Shown: positions 37,431 to 50,540 of the stretch, piece by piece
Position numbering within the stretch: the stretch's first letter is position 1
Layout: each line of letters begins with the position of its first letter
Assembly: GCF_028641065.1 (NCBI RefSeq)
Contig: NC_073394.1
Coordinates: 14,012,001 to 14,076,000, forward strand
Length of the DNA stretch: 64,000 bases
Direction: 5' to 3'
Source: Leucoraja erinacea
Taxonomy: Eukaryota
The notes under the pieces: model-generated
Databases searched by the model: none
The model's input: only the letters and a program-made list of their open reading frames with translations
What the model was told of the DNA's origin: nothing
Position numbers and translations under genes: made by a program

Positions 37431-37834
37431 CATACAGACAGTGAATCAGGGTTTCACGAGATAAATAGTTCCTCATGTTCCAATGTCCTTATGCAAAATA
37501 GATTTGTTTAATGCACATTTGAAAAATATCTAATTGACAGGAACTTAATGTGGGCAAAATAAATGGGTTTTCTGATTTTTGCACTAAATTTAATTAATCC
37601 CGATGATAGTTCTTTTCTCCTGCTCATTTTTCTCTCTTCACAACATGAAAGCAATTATTGGTTAATGTTTCAAAAGTATAATAATTTTGCAAAATTGTTT
37701 ACCAATTATGTACAGCTGCTTTTGTTTCTGCCTCAAAACTGATTTTCTCACAGCTGACTCCTTTCGCTCAAATTCAAGAAATTAATTAAAACGACAATCG
37801 GAAATGCTTGCAGAAAAAAGGTTTGTTTATAAAA

Positions 37835-37937
37835 GAAAGCCACAAAGTACTGGAGTAAATCAACGAGTCAGACAGCATCTCCAAAAAACATGGATAGGTG
37901 ACGTTTCGGGACGGGACCCTTCTTCAGCCTGAGTGGT

Positions 37938-38017
<80 letters not shown>

Positions 38018-38290
38018 GGAAAGAAAACTAAAAAAGCTGGAAGAGGAGGTACTGGACAAAGCGTGGCCGGCAATAGGTGGATACAGGAGGTGGGGGAGTA
38101 CTCCAGTAGGGAGATTGGTGGACAAAGGGCAAAGACAAAAAAGCAGAAGGTGTGAGATAAACAGATTGAAGACTTGCAAGTCGTGAAGTTGGAAGAACAG
38201 ATGCAGGTGGAGGGAGAGGGGAGATGTGTGCGAGTCCAGGTGGGGCACAGGGGAGTGGGTAAAAGAAAGTGGGGGATGGGGACAAAGGGG
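37835..38290 (-). mobile_element. Penelope 3' UTR and terminal repeat containing a 78-nt poly-G run (37939-38016)
   Basis: Core gacgtttcgggacgggacccttcttcag at 37900-37927; purine-rich UTR. Confidence 0.7.
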
Positions 38291-38994
38291 TCAGAAATGC
38301 TTCTTTCACTTAATAGGGCTTTCTGGAAACCATACATAAAATATTTTCATCAGATCAGGCAGCAACCGTGGAAAAGAGAAACCGAGTTGGCATTTTAGAT
38401 AATTGTTCATTCACTCACCTATAACATTTACTCTTGTCGTGACTAGTGTAACTCAACTAAAACAATTACTTGTCGTGCCAATTATATCAGGGACACTACT
38501 GACAACTGGCGAAAGATAAACTTACCTTTATTCAAAAACAACGTCCAAGTACAACACTCACAGCTTGTATTGAGCACCTCATATTCCACCCAGGAAGTCT
38601 ACAATCCAACAGCATGAACAATGAATTATTATTTCCTATTTCAGCTCTCTCCCTCTCCCCCTCCCCCCCCCCCCCCCCCCTCTCCCTCTCCCTCTCCCCA
38701 ACCCAGGTCCTCTCACACACACCCACTCTTTCCAACCCCCATCTCTTGTCCAAAGCCTTATCACCCAGTGCCTTTCTCCTTGACCCACCATCTACCAATC
38801 TGCAGTCACCCACACACATTTGCCCCACAGTGTTTCATATCCTCTTCCCCATCATTTCCCATCTGCCTAACACCCCCTCCCTTATTTGGATCCACTGTTC
38901 CTTTCTTATCAAATTACTTTATCTACACTCCTTGGTAGCATCTACTCACCCCCTCCCGGGCTATGTTGCTCTCTCCACCCTGCCCACCCCTTAC

Positions 38995-39090
38995 CAGGAG
39001 GATGATGCGGATGTTCGGCAGCTGTGGCAGGGCTTGCACGCCATCACTTCCTACAAGGCAAAATCAGGGGCCAGCTCTAGCAATAGCGAT
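38995..39090 (+). mobile_element. Rex1/L2-type LINE internal fragment
   Basis: DVRQLWQGLHAITSYKAK, similar to the linker between endonuclease and RT in Rex1-like elements. Confidence 0.55.
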
Positions 39091-39289
39091 AGTTTAGTCT
39101 TGGTACACCTTTCATCAATCTTGGACCCGTAACCACTGGACTGTTGGATGTTACATTGTCATGTCCATCTCCCACTCCAGCATTTTAGTTGTTGGTTGTG
39201 AACCGGTCACGTGTCCTGATGCATAGGCTTGATCACTCCTGACGGCTCCGGTAAGGACTTCACACCTCAAGCAGGTTAGTTCTTCTGAC

Positions 39290-40575
39290 TGACGTCTACC
39301 ATAAACCGACAGACTCCCACAGTTATCTGGACTACACCTCCTCCTTTACAAAGATGCTATTCCCTACTCTCAATTTCTCTGCCTCCAAATGCTAACAATT
39401 TCAACTCCTTCCCATTTCCATCATCCCATCATCTGCTGCCAAGATGAGGCTTTCCATTCGAGGGCATTCCTAATGAACTCTTTCTTTTGTAAGCATGGTT
39501 CCCTCACCTGTGCCTACTCTGTGTCCCGCAGTTCTGTTCTTTTCCCCCTCTCCCAAGATGGAACTGGTTCTTGCCAATCACCGCAACAGACTCTGCATCC
39601 AAAACATCGTCGTTTCTACCACCCTCAATAAGATTTCACCACCAGCCACATTTTCCCATCATCACCAAGTGATGGTGCAGGTGCAGCTCCTTGGCTCACT
39701 CATCCCTTCCCGCCCAAGGCATTCCACCCTGGTACTCTCCCTTGCAACTGCAGGAGATGTATCATCTGCCCCTATACCTCCTACTGCGCTTCCACTAAAG
39801 GACTCAAGAATACCTTCCAGGTGAGACTGAGGATCTCGTGACCCCTCCTCTGACCACATCTACTGCATTCAGTTCTCCCACTGTGGGCTTCTTCACATCG
39901 ACGAGAGCAAGCGTAGACGAGGCAACAGTTTTGCCGAACATTTGTGCTCGGTCTACCAAGCCCTGCTGAATCTCCCGGTTGCTAACCTTTTTAACTCCTC
40001 TTCCCATTTCCATACTGACCTTTCTGTCCTGGGCCTCCTCCATTGCTAGAGAGAGCCCACGTGCAAACTGGATAAAATGCACCTCATATTGTGCATGGTT
40101 AGCCCGATGGTGTGAACATTGAATTCTCCAATTTTAGCTAAACAACCCCCTCCTCTCCACTTTTCTTTTTCGCCTTTCTTCTCTGTGCCCTACCTTCATG
40201 TGTCCCATTTCTCCGTTTCAACTTCCATCATCACCTTCCATCCACATTCCTTCCTTTGGCTTTTAACATTTCATGCTTCTTCTATCCTTATTTCACTCTT
40301 CTTGTGTTTTCATCTCTGGTCTCTGTTCAACTATCTGCCAATCAATACCCCTCCCCCATCACCCCACCCTCACCTGTATCCACCTATCACTTGCCTGGTT
40401 TTGAGCAGTCCCCACCTCCTTTCCAGCTTTCTCTCCCTACTACTATCGGTCTGAAGAAGGGTATCAACCTGAAACATCATCTATCCATATTCTCCAGAGA
40501 TACTGCCTGACCTGCTGAGTTATTCCAGCACTTTGTCTTTTTTTGGTAAACCAGCAGCTGCCAGCATCTCCTTGT
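39290..40575 (+). mobile_element. Degenerate Penelope-like element 3' half: RT C-terminus, GIY-YIG endonuclease, 3' UTR, terminal repeat
   Basis: DVYHKPTDSHSYLDYTSS, DAIPYSQFL, IYCIQFSHCGLLHIDESKRRRGNSFAEHLCSV, NIEFSNF; hammerhead-like core at 40451-40478 in the same sense. Confidence 0.88.
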
Positions 40576-40920
40576 GACTAGCTCTTCCTCCTGCTGTTAA
40601 AGTCGTGAGTGCCATTGAGGTGTTAACCTTGTTACAGCCAGATGGCCTGTTCTTTGCTTACACCTTATTTGGCACCTTGTTGTCCTTTGTTTCGTGCTAG
40701 ATTGGTTTATCATGTGATTAAGTTATTATCAGTTCCTTGCTGGTAATTTCTCAACAGAGCACTTTGTGGACCATTATTCATCCGTGTATGTGCCAGCTGC
40801 CAAATCTTTATTCAAAATTAAATCTGTCCATTCTTCTGTAGTGAATGATTGTTTTTAACTGTTTAGCACCTCACTCCCCACTACTAACCTGAGGCCTGTT
40901 CCTGGAAAGATCATATTACA

Positions 40921-41215
40921 TGGCCCAGTGGCGCAGCAGTAGAGTCGCTGCCTTGCAGCGTTTACAGCACCGGAGACCTGGGTTCGATCCCAATTACAGG
41001 TGCTGTCTGTACGGAGTTTGTACGTTCTCCCCGTGACCTGGGTGTGTTTTCTCTGAGATCTTCGGTTTCTTCCCACACTCAAGATGTATCGGTTTGTAGG
41101 TTAATTGACCTGGTGTAAATGTAAAATTGTCCCTAATGTGTGTTGGGTAGTGTTACTGTGCGGGGATCGCTGGTCGGTCCTGTTTCACAATGTATCTTTA
41201 AACTAAAACTAAAAT
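40921..41215 (+). mobile_element. V-SINE (HE1-like)
   Basis: A/B boxes (tggcgcagcagt, ggttcgatcc), V domain, tail. Confidence 0.88.
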
Positions 41216-41804
41216 AAACCCCTCATATCTCTTCAGATAGCACACTAGAGCAAGGTAAAAAATCAATTAATTACTTAAGTAGGTCAAACATATTTAGTAA
41301 ACAAAATCATTTAACAATTGCATAACATAAAATATGGATGAAATACTACCAAAACATCTGGAAATGATAGATTAATGATTATATTCATGTATGCCTTTCA
41401 TTGTTCATTTTTTTTGTAATTAATATCATAATTCCTACACTTGACTGGTTATTTGACCATTTTTCTTAATTTCCATCTTTTAGAAACATAGAAACATAGA
41501 AAGTAGGTGCGAGAGCAGACCACCAGGTCCATCGAGCCCGCACCGCCATTCGCTCATGGCTGAACACTAAACAGACACACTTACCCACAAACAGTAGACA
41601 CAAGACACAGAACACAAGACACTACCCTCCCCTTTATACCGCTATCACCCCTCTCCACCCCAAGAACCTCGTGATCTCCTGGGGGAGGCAAAAAACCGGA
41701 TAAAAACCCAGGTCCAATTCGGGAAAAAAATCCGGGAAATTCCTCAATCTAGGCGATCGACACTTGTCCAGGAGATCACTCAGGTCTTACTATACTAACC
41801 ATAC

Positions 41805-44696
41805 CTAGGTCCATATCCCTGCCCTCTCCCCGTAGCCCCTTATCCCCTTGGCAGCTAAAAAACCATCTATTTTAGTCTTAAATATATTTAAAGTTTCTGC
41901 TTCCACTGCTCCCTGGGGCAGTGAATTCCATAAATTAACCACCCTCTGGGTGAAGAAGTTCTTCCTCATCTCAGTTTTAAAAGAGCCCCCCCTTATTCTG
42001 CAACTATGTCCCCTAGTTCTAGTTTCCCCGATCATTGGGAACATCCTCGGGGCATCCACCCGATCAAGGCCCCTCACGATCTTATATGTTTCAATAGATC
42101 GCCTCTCATTCTTCTAAACTCCAAAGAGTAGAGTTCCAGCCTACTTAACCTTTCCTCATATGTCAATCCCCTCATTGCAGGAATTAATCTTGTAAACCTT
42201 CGCTGCACTGCCTCCAGGGCTAGTACATCCTTTCTTAAGTATGGACCCCAGAACTGTACACAGTATTCCAAATGTGGTCTCACTAATACTGTGTACAGCT
42301 GCAGCAAGACCTCCGTGTTTTTATACTCAATCCCCCTAGCAATAAAGGCCAAAACTCCATTGGCCTTCCTGATTGCTTGCTGCACCTGCATACTAACTTT
42401 CAGTGATTCATGTACTCATACCCCTAGATCCCTTTGCGTTGCATTACAACGCAGCTCCTCCTCATTTAGAAAATAACTTGCCCTATCATTTTTTTTTCCC
42501 AAAGTGAATGACTTCACATTTATTAGTATTAAATTTCATCTGCCAAGTTGTTGCCCACTCACCTAGCTTATCTATATCCTTTTGCAGACTCTTCCTATCC
42601 TCCTCATCCCCTACTTTTCCTCCCATTTTTGTATCGTCCGCAAATTTTGATATATTACACTTGGTTCCCTCCTCCAAATCATTTATATAAATTGTGAACA
42701 ACTGGGGTCCCAGCACCGACCCTTGCGGAACCCCGCTAGTTACCGGTTGCCATCCCGAGTATGAACCATTTATCCCCACTCTCTGCTTCCTATTTGTTAG
42801 CCAATCCTCTACCCATGCTAATATATTACCCCCAATCCCATAATTTTTTATTTTTAGCAATAGTCTCTTATGTGGCACCTTGTCAAAAGCCTTTTGGAAG
42901 TCCAAGTATACCACATCCACCGGTTCCCCTTTATCCACCCGGGTTGTTACTTCCTCAAAGAATTCGAGCAGATTCGTTAAACAGGACTTCCCCTTCACAA
43001 AACCATGCTGGTTCTGTCCGATGAAGTCATGTTTATCCAAGTGCCCCGTTAGTGTTTCTTTAATAATTGTCTCTAACATTTTACCCACCACCGATGTTAG
43101 ACTAACCGGTCTATAGTTACCCGCCTTCTGTTTACTTCCTTTTTTAAATATAGGTGTTACATTGGCCATTTTCCAATCCACTGGGACCGTTCCTGCCTCC
43201 AGGGAGTTTTGGAAAATTATCACCAATGCATCCACAATCCCCACCGCTATCTCCCTCAAGACCCTTGGATGTAATCCATCAGGCCCAGGGGATTTATCCT
43301 CCTTCAGTCTCATTAATTTCCCTAATACCACCTCCTTGGTGATCTTAATAGTATTTAGCTCCTCCATTCCTACCGCCCCCTGTTTATCCAGCGTTGGAAT
43401 ATTTTTTGTGTCTTCTATGGTGAAGACTGATACAAAATACTCGTTTAATGCCTTTGCCATTTCCATGTTCCCCACCAACAACTCTCCAGTCTCACCCTCC
43501 AATGGACCAACGTTCACCTTAGCCACCCTTTTTCTTTTTATATAGCTATAAAAACTCTTACTATTAGTTTTTATGTTGTTCGCTAAATTCCTTTCATAGT
43601 CTATTTTCCCCGTCTTAATTAATCTCTTAGTTATTTTTTGCTGACCTTTAAATGCTTCCCAATCCTCTACCCTCCCACTATCTCTGGCTACCTTATATGC
43701 CCTTGCCTTCAGCCGAATACTATCCTTTATAGTTTTACTGAGCCATGGCTGACTGTTCTTACCCTTACCCCTTTTTTTCTTCATAGGAATAAATTTTTCT
43801 TGAAGGTTATACAGTATACCCTTAAACGTACACCACTGCTCATGTACCGTCTTATTCTTGAGTCTGCTATCCCAGTCAACTTTGATCAGCTCAGTCCTCA
43901 TACCTTCATAATCCCCCTTATTTAGACTAAGCACCCTAGCCTGAGTTTCAACCTGCTCCCCTTCTATTTGAATATGGAATTCGACCATATTGTGGTCACT
44001 TGTTCCCAACGAGTCCCTAACTATGACATTTTTAATTAATCCTGCTTCATTACACAGGACCAGATCCAAGATTGCCTCCCCCCTTGTCGGTTCTGTGACA
44101 TACTGTTCTAGGAACCCGTCTCTAATACATTCTATAAACTCTTCCTCTAGTCTACCCTGCCCAGTTTGGTTTGCCCAATTAATATGAAAATTGAAGTCCC
44201 CCATGATTACAGCAGTTCCCTTTTTACATGCGTCAACTATTTGCAGATTTATGTTCTGACTAACAGCGTCACAGCTATTTGGAGGTCTATAAATTACACC
44301 CACTAGTGTTTTTTTCCCCTTATTATTCTCTATCTGTACCCAAGCTGTTTCACTATCCTGATCCTTCAACGCAATATCCTTCCTCTCTATTGCCGTTATT
44401 CCCTCCCTTATTAAAAGGGCCACCCCTCCTCCTTTTCTTTCCTGTCTATCTTTCCTAATTGTCGAGTACCCCTCTATATTTAACTCCCAGTCCTGATCCC
44501 CTTGCAGCCATGTCTCCGTAATGGCCACGATATCATAACTATATATACTTAATTGCACCGTTAATTCATTTATCTTATTACGAATACTCCGTGCATTTAG
44601 ATAAAGCACTTTCAGATGATTTTTACTACCCTTCCTTTCCGTTTTTTCCCCTTTTACATCTAAAGCTTTATCTTCACACATTCTGTCTCCTGTCAC
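41805..44696 (-). pseudogene. CR1 ORF2: apurinic-like endonuclease plus reverse transcriptase, disrupted near C-terminus
   Basis: 736 aa open (NARS, ITETW, YRPP, GDFN, LDLV, SDH; KSPGPDG, LDFQKAFDKVPH, GVPQGSVLGP, FADD); +1 in an A-run near 42490, TGA near 42418, 1-nt loss near 42096. Confidence 0.93.
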
Positions 44697-44785
44697 ATTT
44701 TGACTTTCCGCTTCCCCACTGATACCCTGCTCTATTTCCTCTACCCCTGCCGTTATTACCCCCCTTGATACCTCCCCCCCGCTAC

Positions 44786-45200
44786 TTAGTTTAAAGACCT
44801 CTCTACTGCCCTAGTTATATGATTTGCCAGGACCCCAGTCCCAGCACCGTTCAGGTGAAGTCCGTCCTTACAGAACAGATCCCCCCTGTCCCAGTACTGG
44901 TGCCAGTGGCCCAAGAAACCAAACCCATTATTCCCACACCAGTCTTTGAGCCACGCATTTAGCTTTTTAATTTTACGTACCCTCGCCGATTTGGCCCGTG
45001 GCTCAGGTAGCAATCCGGAGATCAGTACCCTCAAGGTTCTGCTTTTTAATTTATTCCCTAACTGCTCAAACTCCTTCAGCAGATCCTCCTTCCTCGTCCT
45101 TCCTATGTCATTGGTCCCCACATGGACCACGACTACTGGATCCTCCCACTCCCTCTGCAAATTTCTCTCCAGCATCGCAGAGATATCCTTAACCCTTTTG
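44786..45200 (-). pseudogene. CR1 ORF1 C-terminal SGNH/GDSL esterase domain, N-terminus missing
   Basis: VVVHVGTND (block III) and KDGLHLN (block V, DxxH); block I GDS absent because of 5' truncation. Confidence 0.88.
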
Positions 45201-45430
45201 CACTTCCTTATCCTGAACAAGGCAAACACTATTGAAAAAACCCTATGACTGAAAAAATTAGATATTGAGGAGTATCTTCATAAATTAATTTCCAATCATA
45301 AATATCTTCCCACTAAACAGTTATCTTAATGCTTGGCCCACAATGACTGTGCCATGCAAGATGCCAAGGTAAACTGATCTAATTTGTCTGCACACAATCC
45401 ATGTCCCTCCATTCCCTGCATTAACCATGC

Positions 45431-45874
45431 AGGGGCAGCAATGTGTCGCAGCGTCAGGGCCAGAGACCCAGGTTTCATCCTGGCAGGTGCTGTTTGTACG
45501 TGACGGTGTGGGCTTTCCCCGGGTGCTCTGGTTTCCTCCCACATTCCAAAGACACACAGGTTTGTTGGCTAATTGGCTTTAGTAAAGATTGTAAATTATT
45601 CCTAATGTGTACGATAGTGCTAATGCCAGTGGATCGCTGGACGGTATGGACTCAGTGGCCCAAAGAGCCTGTTTGCATGCTGTATATCTAAACTTCTTCT
45701 TATTGAGAACACATCACAAGATTAGAAATTGTTGAACCAGAACTGAACAGCATTCTCAGCATCTGCACAGAATTGTGTCTTGCGCCTCTTGTGCATGGTG
45801 GTGGAAAGATTGGCGGAAACAGGGCGGCAACGTGAATGCTCTTTCCTTGATCCCTATCTCTAAACTAAGCTAAA
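45431..45874 (+). mobile_element. V-SINE with a 160-bp insertion in its tail
   Basis: SINE body 45431-45694; tail resumes at 45855. Confidence 0.8.
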
Positions 45875-46399
45875 CCCCCTGCCTATCAAAAACCCTCTTA
45901 AGTGCCTCTATTGTATCTGCCTCCACCACTGTAACAATGCATACCAGGCACCTACCACCTTCTGTATAAATGGAGCATTGCTGCCTCCATCCTTGCCTCT
46001 GCCCCAGCTTCTCATTAGATCAACTAACCATAGATTAGATTTTCTACCCATTGATCGCAAATGGATAGCAACATTTGGCACACAGTATTCATGCCTGGAG
46101 TGTTAATTAGATTTGAATTAGTTGAGCTTGAAGATGACGATGTGGTCTTGTTGAATCATGGACTCAGCTGGGTGAAAAGTTAATTGCCTGCAGCCTGACA
46201 TGTCATATGTTCTGTAAGATAAGTGAATTACTTACTTTGGCCTATGTACTTATAAATTGTTTTAACAATTTATTAAAATGTTAATAAATTCCTGAGTTCC
46301 TACATCTATATTTCATGACTCGTACAAAGCCGGATTAAGGCTGGCCATGAATGCTAAGTGCACAGGACCTCATTTAACCATTTTACTTTGCCTCAGACA

Positions 46400-46670
46400 A
46401 TACTACTTCAGGATGAACGAACCTTTAGAAAGGAGACGAGGAGAAACGTCTTTCGTCAGTGGGTGGCGAATCTGTGGAATTCATTGCCACAGACGGCGGT
46501 GGAGGTCAAGTCAATGCATATTTTTGAGGTGGAGATTGACAGATTCTTGATTAGTAAGGGGGGTTAGGGGTTATGGGGAGAAGGCAGGAGATTGGGGTTG
46601 AGAGGAAAATATAGATCAGCCATGGTTGAATGGCGGACTAGACTTGATGGGCCAAATGGCCTAATTTGTC
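46400..46670 (+). mobile_element. CR1 3' fragment
   Basis: FRKETRRNVFRQWVANLWNSLPQTAVE. Confidence 0.85.
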
Positions 46671-47388
46671 ACTTTGAACATGAGCTTCAGGTGTCACTGT
46701 TACACATTTTCTTCTTTGTTACAGTGTTTAGAGAATATTATAATTATTATCAGGAAGTTATTTTCACACCAAGTTATACATGTTTCCTTGTATTATAGAC
46801 ACAAATAGCTGGAGCAACTCAGCGGGACAGGTAGCATTTCAGGAGAGAAGGAATGTTGCAGGGAGTACACCTAAAGGAGTGCCTTTAAAATAAGTTCATA
46901 AATTGTACATGGTTGGTGAGTCCATTCAAATGGCAGACTTATTCATTGAATTGTCTGGTGTAAAGGTGAGGATCCAATGACAGGTGTATTCAGATTGTGT
47001 TGTCCAGGAGTCGCTGCTCCACTGTTTATGCTCAATGGTGAGTCTAGCAATAGGCATCGGCACCTGTATTTATCATTGGTGAATGTAATGCTCCAGATTC
47101 AGCCTGGATGTTATATTGGGGATATTCTATTTGTGTGAAGGAGTATAATGCAGTAGCTCAAAAATACCTCCTTTGAAACGTAGGGGAACTCACAGTGGGA
47201 AATGAAAAATTGGATTTATTTCCAACTGATGAAGAGGAAATCACATGGCTAATTGAAATAAGGTAATATCTGAGGTCTAGATTTTATAATTTAAAGCATG
47301 AATTGAGACCAGATAATGAGAAAAAAAAGCTATTTAGAAGCTGAAATTCTGCTGCCTAATTAAAGAAAATTAATGATCACACTAACAC

Positions 47389-47931
47389 GGGCAGCCACAG
47401 TGGCACAAAGGTAGAGTTGCTGCATTACAGCACCTGCAGCCTCAGAGACCCTGGTTCGATCCCGACTACAGGTTCTGTCTGTATGGAGTTTGTACATTCT
47501 CCCCGTGACCGCGTGGCTTTTCTCCGAGATCTTCAGTTTCCTCCCACACTCCAAAGACGTACAGGCTTGTAGGTTAATTGACTTGGTATAAGTGTAAATT
47601 GTCCCTAGATAGACACAAAATGCTGAAGTAACAAAAAAAATGCGGGACAGGCAGCATCTCTGGATATAAGGAATGGGTGACGTTTTGGGTTGAGACCCTT
47701 TTTCAGATTGAGGAGACTGAAGGGTCTATCCAGAGATGCTGCCTGTCTTGCTGAGTTACTCCATCATTTTGTGTCAATCTTCAGTTGAAACCAGCATCTG
47801 TAGTTTCTTCCTACAACATGTAAATTGTCCCCAAGTGCGTAGGATAGTGTTTATATGCGGGAATCGCTGGTCGGTGTGGACTCGGTGGGCCTGTTTTGGC
47901 GAGATATCTCTAAACTAAAAACTAAACTAAA
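47389..47931 (+). mobile_element. V-SINE with nested palindromic PLE-derived element (47606-47818)
   Basis: TSD tgtaaattgtccc at 47593-47605 and 47819-47831. Confidence 0.88.
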
Positions 47932-49855
47932 CATTAAAGAAGGAAGATGGGAATGGATAGTATTTTACCTACCGGTACTTTTTTGATACATATATTTCCA
48001 AGGTATTTTATCTGAGAATTAAAGTGAAGGTGAATGGGAATGTTCGGAAGGCTTGAAGGAGAAAGAGCATTTAAAATTCAGATTTCAAAGAGATGAAAGT
48101 AAATAAAAACTTTACAGCTGCGCTGTTGGGTCATTTGAAACTTGAAACACTGAGAGGAAAACTGAGAATAAGATGTGAAGTACAAAGAATAATAGTGGAA
48201 TTTACTTCATAAATGTCAGGAGAAATAGATTCCAATGTGAGGTTTGAACTTCACGTCAGTGTCACTTTTAGATTTCAAACGGGAAGAAAATACATAAATT
48301 ATGGTTTTGTGTTTGTTTTTATTTCTGAAAGAATGAAGGGCGTGAGTGCCTACTATTGCAGGACTATGGAGATGTGTGAATAATGCAGGTGTGTAGAAAG
48401 CCAATGTTATGAAAAAGAGTGAGGTCCCATTGAACAGGCAGCAGCAGTGATGTAAATATAAACTGCAGTCGAAGCACTGAACCAAACTACTGCAGCATTG
48501 GCAGAAGAATAAGAATTTTGAATTAATTGGCTGATATCCCTATTCTGCAACTCCTGAAGGTGTTTGCATTTTCTGTAACTAACTTTTATATCTTGAAAAA
48601 TTCTTCAAAAATGCACAGGAGATTTTTTTGCATAAAGTCGGATATCCACAAATCAGGTTTCCCACAACCCATGGCGATCGTGTACTTGAAAATTCCTCCT
48701 AGTTAGCAGTTTTGGTTCTTACATACAGCATGTTGTTATTATCGTAATGTTAGCTTGAAGCTCCATTCATTCCATCTGTGTTGAGTTTGCTCAAGTTGCC
48801 ATTCAGATAACAATGGGATAGTTGCAATAACTGGCATACTATATGGACACATATAGAGTCACACAGCGTGGAAACAGGCCCTTCGGCCAAACTTGCCCAC
48901 ACAAACCAACATGTCACATCTAAGGTAGACAAATGCTGGAGGAACTCAACGGGTGCAGCAGCATCTATGGAGCAAAGGAAATGGGCAACGTTTCGGGCTG
49001 AAACCCTTCTTCAGACTGATGTGAGGGTGGGGGAGGCGGGAGGAAGAGGAGCCAGAGGGCTGAGGGAGAGCTCTACACTAGTCCCACTTTATATTGCACT
49101 ATAAAAGATTATTCAATTTTCTTGAACAGGCTGATGAAGTTGTTGTACAAAGTCAGCTCGATAAGGAAACTGGTGTAACCTGACAAAGTTGATGTATATC
49201 ATTTGATGAATGATGTGCTTTTTGCTAATTATCATTCAATTATAAATAAATTTATCTCACAGATTGAGGATTTTCACTGCAGGCAGAATTCAGAGATTTT
49301 CTTTTTTCCCTTCATATACTCTAATTAAGCATCATAAGCATTGTCATGTAACATAAGCCATCTCTGTGATATAGAAGATTGCATCCCACCTTTTAATGTA
49401 ATTTTGTAGTCTGTAGCTTCTAATATCCGTGGGCAGCAAGAACAAGTAAACAGCATGTGAAAATGAATGGTGAGCTCCTAAAATTGATTCCTCCCACAAA
49501 GCTTAAAATGGTCATGGAATAAGCTCCAGGCGATCTTTTACTGGTGTGCCTAACTACATAGGAGAACCCAACCGCAGAATATTAAAACAGAGCAATTTAA
49601 GCATCATTACCTAAGCAAAGTACAATGGAAAGTAATGATATTTGAACAGCAATGGACAGCGACCAACTGCATCTTTATCCACTCACGATTGCTGAATGCT
49701 TAATTGCTCATTCCCACATGTAAATAAGATCATCAAGTGTACCAGCGAGAGAAGAAACATTTTCTCAACAAGAACTGAGAGGTGAAAGCAACAATTAGCA
49801 TTAAGATAAACAATGCAAATTAAGTGGTGAGCATGTTTTTACTTATTTTTCTTTT

Positions 49856-50540
49856 TTAAACATTTTTTTTAATTTTATTTTTATTAGAAGTACGGTAAGT
49901 TACAATATTACACAACACATATATCTTAATACATTTTTTGTACCGCTTCATTTTTTGAGCTTTAAGAAAAAGATAGAAGTAAAGAAAGTGCGCAAGAGTC
50001 GTGAAGGTGCAGGAGAATGTTGAGAAAAGAAAGCCCCTTAGAAAAGAAGTTAGAGAAGGAAGTAAAGATAGAAAGTAGACCCTAGAAAAGAAGGAAAATG
50101 AAAGGAGAAACAATCGCTCTATTATAACATTAAACTCCGCAGAAAGGGGACTACCAACCAAGTCTGTTTTTGTTGGTTTTTTTTGTATTGGTACCTTTTA
50201 TTTATTTATTTATTTATTAAATTATTATTGCACCTTATAGTTCCAAAAACGTAGACCACGTCTTTTGGAAGTGGTCTGCTTTGCCTGCCAAGAGGAATCT
50301 CATCTCTTTCAGATGTTTCAAACATATTTGATATCCACATTTTTATTGTTGGTGTAGGCGCATTTTTCCAGAATTTGTATGAGCTTTTTTCCCCATTATT
50401 AGCCCGTAATTGAGTAAATTCTTCTGAAACACGTTTAGTTCAGGGTTACCTTCTGATATTCCAAAAATAATCCATTCTGGTTTTGTTACCAGTTTTATTT
50501 TAATTAATTTTGTAAAGATGTCTTTTACTTCCTTTTCAAT
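49856..50540 (-). mobile_element. L1-clade LINE 3' end (ORF2 C-terminus, U-rich 3' UTR, A-rich tail)
   Basis: KEVKDIFTKLIKIKL...IIFGI...LLNYGLIMGKK...WKNAPTPTIKMWI pattern; aataaa then A-rich end. Confidence 0.75.

Larger units (their letters stand above)
41481..45200 (-). mobile_element. Young CR1 LINE, 5'-truncated within ORF1
   Basis: Contiguous ORF1 esterase, ORF2 APE+RT, ~320-nt 3' UTR and (tttctatg)n tail. Confidence 0.97.

Noticed and set aside
37868-38337. Poly-Pro and poly-Gly ORFs
   Set aside because: Translation of a 78-nt G run in a PLE UTR; the run may itself be a sequencing or polishing artefact
42508-44187. Plus-strand ORFs over the CR1
   Set aside because: Antisense shadows of ORF2
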